Assembly (NCBI GenBank): GCA_964016885.1
Contig: OZ024742.1
Span: 89,652,001-89,716,000, forward strand
DNA from: Eledone cirrhosa
Taxonomy: Eukaryota
Direction of reading: 5' to 3'
Length of the DNA: 64,000 bases
How positions within the stretch are numbered: the stretch's first letter is position 1; every line of letters begins with the position of its first letter. The translations under genes and the position numbers were made by a program. Below, one piece after another: positions 13,077 to 23,984 of this stretch. The notes beneath the pieces are model-generated. The model was given only the letters and a program-made list of their open reading frames with translations. It was not told where the DNA came from and searched no databases.

Positions 13077-13622
13077 CTGGCAGAAAAACCACCGTTCGGG
13101 TGGTTTTCTGCTAGCATTTGTGGTCTGAATATATGATATTATACGCAGGTATATATATACATGTAGATATGAATCATCATATAAAATCGTAATTCACAAT
13201 ATACACAGAAATTGAACTAAGACAGCGTTACATTGTCTTATGTAATCAGTAACGTAATCCATGATACATTAAAAGATTATATTATATATAAACTGCATTA
13301 GGAGAAAATTAATGACAGAAAATTAGTATGTTTATTTAAGCGATCGGCACGGGAAGTGTTGACATCACACATTCTTTCTTTCTCTATATATGGTAGTTGA
13401 AGTCGTGGTGGTGGCGACGAAATACCGGAAGTGCAACTTTGAAAAGAAATCGATTTTAAATTATTTATTTTTACGAAATTATTTTTGTATACGAAATTGA
13501 GTAGATAAATTATGTAATATTCATTCATTATTTATTCAAAATAATCCAACTTATTTTACAAACGGGATAAAAAAAAATAAACCGTACGCAATCCCACATA
13601 CTTTCCTTTATTATAGTTAAGA
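13077..13622 (-). mobile_element. Non-autonomous Helitron-like element
   Basis: 5' TC start at 13622; terminal hairpin gcagaaaaaccacc-gttc-gggtggttttctgc at 13080-13112, bounded by CTAG-like ends. Confidence 0.6.
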
Positions 13623-13639
13623 TATATATATAATTATAT

Positions 13640-13900
13640 TATTTCACCTCAATTGGGACTGCTCTCTTTAACATTACACCAAAAGACATCCAAAACAGAA
13701 AGAGACCTGATCAAGTTCAAGAAGTCTTTGGACTAATTCCTTCAAGAAATCCCGGATAAGCCTCCTGCACACGGATATGCCTCCGTAAACAATAACTCTC
13801 AAATCGAGTGGGCCATGGGGCCCAAACCCTGATGTGTAAGACTTTGCCAGGTGGTTCTATTAAGTTAGACATTGCTAGGGCCAATACTAGCCGAAATCTA
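13640..13900 (+). mobile_element. 3' end of a CR1/L2-group LINE
   Basis: Translates as ..LFNITPKDIQN..IKFKKSLD*FLQEIPDKP..GYASVNNNS, a typical CR1-group ORF2 C-terminus. Confidence 0.65.
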
Positions 13901-13924
13901 TCAAAGTTATAAAAGATATATTAC

Positions 13925-13972
<48 letters not shown>

Positions 13973-14081
13973 TTTTAGAGCAGAATACATACATAGAATA
14001 TATACAAACATAAATATATTTATATAATTATATATATATTTATATATATATATTTAATTATTATTATATATATATATATAA

Positions 14082-14462
14082 TTGTTTCTACTTTAGGCAC
14101 AAGGCCAGCAATTACCCAGTGCATTACTGGTACTTTATTGTATCGACCCCGTAAGGATGAAAGGCAAAGTCAACCTCGGCGGGATTTTAATTCAGATCGT
14201 AAAGGGACGTAACTATGCTGCAAAGCATATATATAATTTATGTATATATTTATAATTACATATATATATATAATTGTTTCTACTTTTGGCACCAGGCCAG
14301 CAATTATCCTAGTGAATTACTGGTACTTTATTTTATCGACCCCATAAGGATGAAAAGCAAAGTTAACCTCGGCGGGATTTGAACTCAGATCATAAAGTGA
14401 GGTAACTCTGTGCTTCAAAGCATGGCACCCAACCCTCTACAGATACTCCCATTCCACCGCCC
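14082..14462 (-). mobile_element. Two tandem tRNA-derived SINE copies (14082-14230, 14272-14462)
   Basis: Minus strand has a Pol III B-box (gagttcaaatccc) followed by the shared 'ctttcatcctta.ggggtcgata.aataaagtaccag' body; partial copies at 3172 and ~22310. Confidence 0.75.
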
Positions 14463-14599
14463 TAATATCTATATAATAATATATAGATATATATATATAC
14501 ATAAAATTATGTATATATATATAATTATATATATATATATATATGTATATATATGTATATATATATATATATATATTTATGTATATATGTATATATATT

Positions 14600-14644
<45 letters not shown>

Positions 14645-14650
<6 letters not shown>

Positions 14651-15212
14651 AGTTTATGTTGGTTGTATACCAACACCTCAGTATGCAGGCTGGAGCACTC
14701 GACGAAGTGCGCAGGTTGGTTTGGTTACTCCGGAGTAATGTAAAATAAAGTTAAATAAAAGTCAAATGATTAAAATTTAGCTTCGTTTATTACTGCTATA
14801 TATATTTCAGTGACAGCCATCTTTGGCTGTGACCTCTTCAGGCAGTTTGAATTAGTATGGTATAGACAAGTACATATGTTGTTTAGGTGTATGATATTGT
14901 CAATACTCTGATATGCCCAGTTCCTTGTTGGGTTGTTAATTCACTGGGGAACTGGAGTCATATGAATTCAAACAAACGAATTTTCGTGTCACAGGTCCTC
15001 TTCTCCTCTCATTGGTCAGTTATTAGAACATTCTTCATTCTAAGTGTTGTTATTGTTGGAGTTAGCTTAAAAATTGATAAAATGGTAGAAGGGACAAGGT
15101 GTTGAAGGAACAAAATATCAAAAAATGTGTCAAACTTCCCATTGTTCAGTTCTGAGAGCATTCCTCAGTCAGAAGTCTATAGAATTCTTTCTGGGGTGAG
15201 GCTCCCTGTAGT
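14645..15212 (-). mobile_element. PLE-type 3' UTR/pseudo-LTR family D, with hammerhead at 14792-14846
   Basis: Reverse complement of ~48640-49360 and ~50970-51220; bounded by (TA)n. Confidence 0.75.
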
Positions 15213-15771
15213 GTTTATATATATATATTGGGCTAGGAACTCAAAATAGTCTCTTACAACAAAATACCTCTAAGAAAGAGAGATTTCCGAGCCGTATATT
15301 ATAATAGAATATATATATAATTATAATTAAATATATACATATAAATATATATATATATATTCCCGCTGAATTTATATTTATATATATACATATAATTATA
15401 ATAGAATATGAAAGAAAAAAGAACACAGACATATACATACATGTGTTCAAATCGTAACGGACCGGATTCGCTAAGATGAAAAGAATACTAACTATAGACA
15501 ATTGATCAGCTTGTATTAGTAATTCTATTCACAATTAACATTGCGAAACAACAAGCTGTCTGGCTGATTTGTTATTATCACAATTCCGGTTTGTATTTAT
15601 TTTCTTAATATTTTCTTAAATTGAGACAAGCAAACCCAATTGTCTAGAGTCAGTATTCTTTTCACCTTAGCGAATCCGGTCCCTTACTATTTGAACACAC
15701 ATATATATATATAAATGTCTGTGTTCGTTTTTCTTTTATATTCTATTATAATTATATATATTTATATATAA

Positions 15772-16152
15772 ACGTTTGAATATGTGTAATAAAGCCAAAA
15801 CAATGCAGGTATGGACATAGAAAAAAGAATGCAATAGTAAAAGATATTGTTGAGAATTCGTCCTTTACCTTGAATTTATTTAAATGTCCTTAATTTTCGA
15901 GATAATATCTCTTCTTCGGAGGGAAATAAAGGTCTCAAACCAGCGCCTTAAATCTCTAGCCAAGCTAGAGATTTAAGGCGCTGGTTTGAGACCTTTATTT
16001 CCCTCCGAAGAAGAGATATTATCTCGAAAATTAAGGACATTTAAATAAATTCAAGGTAAAGGACGAATTCTCAACAATATCTTTTACTATTGCATTCTTT
16101 TTTCTATGTCCATACCTGCATTGTTTTGGCTTTATTACACATATTCAAACGT
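15772..16152. repeat. Near-perfect ~190-bp-arm palindrome with a CCGAAGA hammerhead-like motif in each arm
   Basis: Centre 'ctctagc-caa-gctagag' at ~15961; motif ccgaaga-a-gagat/atctc-gaaa at 16005-16029. Confidence 0.85.
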
Positions 16153-16155
16153 ATA

Positions 16156-16229
<74 letters not shown>

Positions 16230-17985
16230 CAATATCGGAGAAAGCTTTTTAGCGATACTCCGGCCAAATTCCAACTCACTCAACAAACATTAGGAAATAA
16301 GTGATTATATTCCCAATTATGTGTTCGGGGTGCTAACTAAAAGTATTGCGTGGAAGATTGGCTGTATTATTTCAAATGAGACATATCTAATATATCTCTT
16401 CCCAGACGGACGTCTCGTTTCGTTATAGGACTCCTACAATTTGGGTGAAATTATACCAGTTTATGTAGGAGCTTGTATACCATCAATAGATATATATTCA
16501 AGTGGGCTCCTATAATTCATCAGTGGGTGCCCCAATAATACTAATATTGATAATCTAACCAACATCAGCATTTAGCGATAATCACTTTCTGTGCCTGAGA
16601 TATCTGTCAGGTAGCCAGTCCAGCAGTTCTGAAAGAAGTGCTCGAACTGATTCAAAAAATGAGGAAGTGAATTACCGCCAAAAAACAATACATGCGCGTG
16701 ACAATGAATTCTGAAAGGAATTCAGGCCACGTGCTAAGAACTCAATTGGAAATTGAAAAAATATCTCTGTGTGTACAACATTTGATGACACACACAGATA
16801 TTTTCTCGGGCAAAATAACAGAATGAGATATAAGGAACAATCAATATTCATTTATAAAAAATAAGCAAAGAAATGCTGACCTTATACCGGGAATTTCTTC
16901 AAATCTGCTGCGCCAAGAGTAAGTAAATAAATACAATATCGGAGAAAGCTTTTTAGCGATACTCCGGCCAAATATATATATATTGTTATACTTGGGGAGG
17001 CTCATATTTGTGTAATAATATTGCCAGAATTAATAACAGAACACACTCAGCGAGAATATATATATATATTTATATATATATATATTTAATTATAATTATA
17101 TATATATATATAATTATATATATATATCATTTTATGTATGTATATATCATTTTATGTATGTATATATAATGATATATATATATATCTATATATAATTATA
17201 TGTATATATATAATTATATATATATATATATATATATATGAAAAGTTTATATTTAATTTGTTGGGATACAACATGCAAAATATTTTTATAATTAATGTAA
17301 AGCACTCAACAAATTATTGGAGTAAATATACAATATATTAACAAATGGAAACTATATTTATAAAACCATATTTATTTCATTATACATATTTAAAGGGCCA
17401 ACAAAGCAAACTATGGTGCGCTTTCATCAGATAATATATAATATAGGTTAGTTTTATAAATAAATATTGTCATACACATAAAAAAATAAAAAATAAAAAT
17501 ATATATATATACATATAATTACACACAAACAACGGACAACAGAGGCCACGTATTTTTATGTATATATATATATACTTACATATATAAAAAATTGCAGATG
17601 GGTAAATCTCCGGGTAACAGAATCCGTTGCTGAAGAGAGAGATGTAAGAGAAAATTTAGAATGAGATATATAGTGTGTAGAGGAACGTAGAAAATAGCGT
17701 AAAAAATAAAAATAATAACACAAGATAGAGTTGCCTTGGCAGAGATTTAATTGTCCCTATATTTCGGATTTCGCATCCATCAACTGGGGCTTTTCCGAGG
17801 GGGAATATCTGACGGAGAGGAACGGTACGTGGCCTCTGTTGTCCGCTGTTTATGTGTAATTATATGTATATATATATATATATAATTACAAAAAGTTATG
17901 AAACGAAAAGAGCTGTGTGGTTATTAAAACAACGTTTAAGATGGTGGTTAGGACTGAACAGGAGGAGAAAGGAAGAAAGGAGTTT

Positions 17986-18057
17986 CCATCGTCAGCTGTA
18001 AATGTTTCCCGAACCGATGTTTCGGCGCTGAATTACAGGACATCGGTGTATTTCGGG
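17986..18057 (-). ncRNA. Candidate non-circularly permuted hammerhead ribozyme, copy 1
   Basis: Minus strand reads cccga-aatac-accgatg-UC-ctgtaa-ttcagcg-cc-GAAA-catcggt-tcggg-aaacat-ttacag-CUGACGA-t-gg. Confidence 0.7.
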
Positions 18058-18760
18058 TGCACTGATGCCTTTTATTAATAAAAAGGCCAGGTGGAAAAGG
18101 AGAGAGAAAGAGAGAAAAGGAGGAGAAAAAAGGATAGAGAAAAGGAAAGAGAGGGAAGGAGGAAGAACAGGAGGGGATGAGGAGAGAGGAAGAAGGGGGG
18201 GGGAGAAAAAATAGGAAAGGAATAGGACAAAAAAGTGTACAGGTCCCATCGTGAGAAGACACAGGTGAAAGAAACATGCAAAAAAGTAACCATGGAAAAA
18301 TAAGGAAAGTAAGTTGTGGCCAACCTGGGAGATTTTGCCTGGTGGTCAGCTACAACTCAGAGCTGGTATAATCGTGCTGCCTCTCACATAGACAGGAGAA
18401 AGTGAGGGAGATACACGGGCAACCAAAAGTGAGGAGGACAAGGGAAAGGGAGATAATCCAGAAGGTTTTTTTTACGACGGTGGTAAAAACGTGCCGCAAA
18501 GATTGCGGACAGAGAGGCCACCACGGTACGTGTAAATATGTCAACAATCAAAACTGAGTAAAAACGAAAGTGAGGAGGAGAGGGGAAGAGTGAAGGGAGG
18601 ATCTATGCGAAGTGTGGAGGGAACACAGATCGTTCAAAGCAGGTAGGGTCACAGCGGTAAATACAAAAAGTTATGAAACGAAAGAAATTGTGTGGTTACT
18701 AAAACAAGGTTTAGGATGATGGCTAAGACGGAACAGGAGGAGAAAAGAAGAAAGGAGTTT

Positions 18761-18832
18761 CCATCGTCAGCTGTAAATGTTTCCCGAACCGATGTTTCGG
18801 CGCTGAATTACAGGACATCGGTGTATTTCGGG
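18761..18832 (-). ncRNA. Candidate non-circularly permuted hammerhead ribozyme, copy 2
   Basis: Identical to copy 1 across the motif, while the flanks differ. Confidence 0.7.
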
Positions 18833-19061
18833 TGCGCCCGAGGCCTTTTATTAATCAAAAGGCCAGGTGGAAAGGAGAGAGAAAGAGAGACAAAAGGGGG
18901 ACAAAAAGGAGAGAGAAAAGGAAAAAGAGGGAAATGAGGAAGAAGTGGAGAAGGGAAAAGGCGAGAAAATAGGAAAGGAATATGAGAAAAAAAAGTGTAC
19001 AGGTCCTATCGTGAGAAGACACAGGTGAAAGAAACATGCAAAAAAAGTAATTTATATATGA

Positions 19062-20453
19062 CTAGCAGTTTAGCCCGGCGTTGCTCGGGTTTGTTCATTT
19101 GCAATGAAAGCTTTCATACAGGTAAACGTGGCTTAAAAGCGAATAAGCTTATCAATTAAGTGCATAAAGCAGTTGAAACGGTTATTAAAAGTTACGAACC
19201 AATTAGCATTTTTGACAATCAATGATGGGTTAATAATCTTCCAATAGCGAATTTAGCAGACCAAGGTTGCAAGCTGGTGGCCCTGATGCGGCTGGGTGTC
19301 AGATCTGTCCGCCATGGGTGACCCTACCAGGAAATAATTTTCCAGACGGCATAACTCCAACACCTCCAACACCTGCACCAACATCTATAGCACCTCGTTG
19401 TAGACGATATTGCGTGTCATCCCTTGAGCAGTGTAAGCAAAAAGTCTATTCCTGCTCCCTACGCGGGAATAAGCAACATAACGTTGGGCATGGGAGAAGC
19501 ATGGCTCCCCCAAATGGATGCCCGCCACCGACAATGTTTGCCCTTGTGACTTATTAATGAACATGGCAAAACATGGTCTCACCGGGAATTGGGATCGCCG
19601 GAAATCGAACGGGATATCTGACGCCGAGGGGAAAAGGTTCATCCTTACAGTGTGTTCGGTAGAATTGCCAGAAGTACAACACTATGTGTGTTGTCATATT
19701 AATATTTAACCAATTAAAGTCGTAAAAAATAAATAATTTAAACATTCCGATTCATATGTTATATGAAGTGTTATTTTGCGGGTTGTTATTTGCAATAAGC
19801 CGATTTAAAATGCCCCCGAAAACCGTATGACTCCCCCATTGGTTAAATTATAGAGAGCGGGAATAATCTATTATAGAGAGAGAGAAGAGCGACGGAGAGA
19901 GTAAAACTAAGAAACTATAGGGACATGTGTAAAACAGTGTTGTCTTATAGAGAGTCAAGAGCGACAGAGAGAGTAAAGTAGGTAAATATTAGAGAGGGGG
20001 GATGATCTATTATAGAGAGAGGGGAGAGCGACGGAGAGAGTAAAGCAGTTTGTTGTTGTATAAATTGATGTGTTGCTTAGTATTCAAAGTGTGTGTCGCG
20101 TTGATAGGGTAGTAGAGAGAGGCATTAACCTTTTAAAGAGAGTTGTAGAGGGGAGTAGAGGGAGGGATGAATCTTTTAAAGAGAGTTGCAACATGTATGT
20201 AGTTTAATAGATTGTTGAGGGTAGTAGAGGGAGGCTTTAAGCGTGTAAGAGAGGGTGTTACAAGATGTATTTAGTTTTATCGATTTTTTTCTAGAAGCAG
20301 GAAATGTTTTGCAAAGTTTATTACGCGATGACCATCGCTGGTAAATTTGGAGCACATTAGACAAAAAATCATCAAAATTGGTAGAGAAATGTGGAAATGC
20401 ATAAAAATCATACACACACAGATACAGACATCTTTGTTTTATATATAGAGAGA
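19062..20453 (-). mobile_element. Non-autonomous Helitron carrying the C-terminal PIF1-helicase fragment
   Basis: A|TC 5' end at 20453; 3' hairpin cccgagcaacgccggg then CTAG|T at 19062; ORF 19385..19642 FRRSQFPVRPCFAMFINKSQGQTL..CFSHAQ.YVA.SRV..TRNIVYNEVL. Confidence 0.9.
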
Positions 20454-20648
20454 TTACATATATATTCATATATATTCATATATATGTAATCATACATATA
20501 TAATCATATATATATATATATATATATAATCATATATATATATAATCATACATATATAACCATATATATATATAATCATATGAATATATATATATATATA
20601 TTCATGTATATATATATATATAATCATATGAATATATATATATATAAT

Positions 20649-20686
<38 letters not shown>

Positions 20687-20806
20687 TATATGTATATATA
20701 TATATAATTATATATATATATATATATATAATTATATATATATATATAATTATATATATATAATTATATATATATAACTAAATATATATATATATATATA
20801 TATAAT

Positions 20807-20841
<35 letters not shown>

Positions 20842-21349
20842 ATGTGTGTGTGTAAAATGTAAACAGAAATAACAACTTAATCGGTACAGTATATGGAAGG
20901 TATATATTAGGTTAACGCTTGATATAGCAGGAACGGGGTCTTAACGTTTTTGACGCTAGTCCTTCATAAATAAAAGAATGAGAAATAAAATAGATTGAGG
21001 GGATGGTCGGGATGGAATTGGAAAAAATGTGTTTCGATAAAAAAAACAGGTTCATTCATGTTGACATCTCTTGTAAAATTGGTGCTGCTGGCGTTTTGTG
21101 TATGATTGTTTTTTAGAAAAGTGGATGATAGAGCGCGTCTAGATGAAATGGCTAAAAAAACGTTTTGTAAAAAGACCTATACTTGACAGGTGCGTAATAT
21201 ATATATATATATATATATAGTAATAATAATAAAATTGAAGACTAAAATCCAAAGAGGGCTCGATAAGGAAAATATATATCAAATATATAAGAACCGTAAT
21301 CTGTTATTTTAATAAATATATATATATATATATATCCGACATGCATTGT

Positions 21350-22134
21350 ACTGGGTCTACCTTGTTATATACATTGAACTTTGGTTGTAGTTGTAGAATT
21401 TGTTGTTCTTCTTCACTGGTTATAGTGTTACCATATATGTTTAGTGATGCTGTTTGGTAGACTCTGTAGGTAATATGACATCTGTTATACAGATATTGTC
21501 GATCCTGTCAGGAAATATTTGTAAATTTTTTCTCTTTTTATTTTGTTTTTTGTCCTTCCTCTATCTTAATCTTTTATTGAAATGCCTATTGCATTCGTTT
21601 TGAGCCTATTTTGTTTCATGTCGAATTATATTCATGAGTTTATTTATCTCGTTTGGTATGGTGAGATTTTACATTTCGTTAACGTAAACGCGTTTCTGTT
21701 TCTAATGTTCATTAATTTGTTTACATGCTATTCGTTTCGTTAACGTGCATATTAGGCGTTCGGCTTGTGTTTTTTTAGTAGTAAATTATTTACTAGTTTT
21801 AAGAAGTTTACAGTGTATATTTTGAAGAAACAGTGCTTTAAAAAGCGAATTTGTTCTGTTGTTATTGTAGTTTTTATATAACAGAAAACAGTGACTTTTA
21901 ATAACCTTTCAGCTTGGCATAAGCTGGTGCCGTGACGGCGATGAATTTGTTTTGAGAGGTTTTTGATATGAAATCGTGTGTCGAAACACATATTATTATA
22001 ATTGCCAGAGATAATAACAGAACACACTCACTGTTTGGTTTGGGTTGGTTTTCGCTTCAGTCTATTTTTTATTTCCATAATTAATTTAAATGGCAATCAA
22101 TGTTTTTCATTGATTGATCAACGGTTAAAAACAA

Positions 22135-22135
<1 letters not shown>
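21350..22135 (-). mobile_element. PLE pseudo-LTR end running into the ORF N-terminus (family related to 10023-12125)
   Basis: 22000-22130 resembles 10050-10180; ORF 21752..22027 FDTRFHIKNLSKQIHRR parallels FNTRFQIKNLAKQIQKR at ~40020. Confidence 0.65.
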
Positions 22136-22189
<54 letters not shown>

Positions 22190-22193
22190 GAGG

Positions 22194-22234
<41 letters not shown>

Positions 22235-22364
22235 AATATATATAGTCTATCAAATATATATAATTATACATATATATATGATTAAACATATATATATATA
22301 AACGGAAATAATTGTTTCTACTTTAGGCACAAGGCCAGCAATAATCCACTGTATTACTGGTACT

Positions 22365-23245
22365 ATATAAACGGAAATAATGAAACGAAATTTCATTTCT
22401 CACTCTTAGTACGGCTGTTACTTAAATATAAGTATGTATACGTACATACATATATGTATACAGACGTAGAGTAGTATGTATATATATATACATACATGCA
22501 CACATATATATATGTACGTATAGATTCACCGAACATTTATTATAATGTTCGGTGTGTTTGTAAACAAACATCCCCAATTAGGCCGTACAGTGTCTAGCAA
22601 CCATCGTTGCTCTTTTGTTCAACACTGACAAAGGAACGATGTACTAGTTTCAAGCATATTAGCTATCGTCAGCAACGTATACCTTCGTGCCAGATGATTG
22701 AACGTCTGAAAGTATATACTTTCCTTATGCATATTAACGGCTGAGCAGCCTAATTTGCATATCGAGTGAGTTAATCGGCTGTATACATATATGTATGTAC
22801 GTATACCTACTTATAATTAAGTAACAGCCGTACAAAGAGTGAGAAATGAAATTTCGTTTCATTTTTTCCGTTTATCGTTTTCGGTGCGCCCGGCCGATTA
22901 ACTCACTCGATGTGCAAATTAGGCTGCTCAGCCGTTAATATGCATAAGGAAAGTATATACTTTCAGACGTTCAATCATCTGGCAGGAAGGTATACGTTGC
23001 TGACGATAGCTAATAAGCTTGAAATTAGTACAGCGTTCCTTTGTCAGTGTTGAACAAAAGAGCAACGATGGTTGCTAGACACTGTACGACTTAATTCGTG
23101 ATGTTTCTTTACAAACACACCGAGCATTATAAATGTTCGGTGAATCCATACGTACATATATATATGTGTGTGCATGTATGTATATATATATATACATAAT
23201 ACTGTACGTCTGTATACATATATGTATGTACGTATACATACTTAT
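22365..23245. repeat. Nested fold-back duplication with type I hammerheads at 22636-22678(-) and 22994-23036(+)
   Basis: acgttg-CUGACGA-t-agct/agct-t-GAAA-(c/t)tag-UA-cagcgt; the arms are reverse complements; a third partial copy lies at 34266-34690. Confidence 0.85.
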
Positions 23246-23270
23246 ACATATATATATATTATAGATATAG

Positions 23271-23335
<65 letters not shown>

Positions 23336-23519
23336 TATAATTATATACATATATATATATTTATATATATATATAAATGTAAGTATGTATACGTACATAC
23401 ATATATGTGTCGTTCCTGTGTCAGTGTTGAACAAAAAGGTGACGATGTTTACCTGAACACTGTACAGGGTAATTCGAATTTGTTTTTGTGCCTCTCCTTT
23501 GTTCTGTCCTACGCTATCT

Positions 23520-23963
23520 TGTTTAAATAGAAAACATGAATGGAATAGTAACATCACAACTTACAAGAAAGGACAACATGAAAACACACACACACATAGA
23601 ACAAACAACCAACCAGTAGCATGTAAATAAACAAATAAACAAATATAAACACACACAGACACCCTGATGTAACACATGCGCAAACTAGGCACACAACACA
23701 CACAAGAACAAGATGGCATAGGCCAGAACAAAGGAAAGGCACAAAAACAAAGAAAATAATCCCCAGTCACTGAAGAGGTCACAGAATGTGTGACGAAAGA
23801 ACTTTGACAATATATGCACAACCGTCCGGTTGTGGAACCAACCAACCAACCGGAAATTTATAAATTCTTAAATTTATAAATTTAATTTATAATAAATTGG
23901 AGTGAAAGCATCGTGGTGCGTGTGTTTCTTATTGGCAACATGAACCCCCCAAAGCATAACAAT
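23520..23963 (+). mobile_element. PLE family A 3' end (solo pseudo-LTR) with hammerhead
   Basis: Diverged copy of 8250-8699, preceded by a short inverted piece at ~23480-23520. Confidence 0.85.
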
Positions 23964-23984
23964 ATATATATATATATCTATAGT

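Larger units (their letters stand above)
17887..19050 (-). mobile_element. Non-coding element with ~400-bp direct repeats (17887-18290, 18662-19050), PLE pseudo-LTR or retrozyme-like
   Basis: Repeats offset by 775 bp, each carrying the same hammerhead-like motif; no recognisable RT ORF. Confidence 0.65.

Noticed and set aside
17754-17790. Hammerhead-like motif on the minus strand (ggat/atcc-GAAA-tata-ggg)
   Set aside because: The core has two mismatches (CAGUUGA); at best a dead relic.
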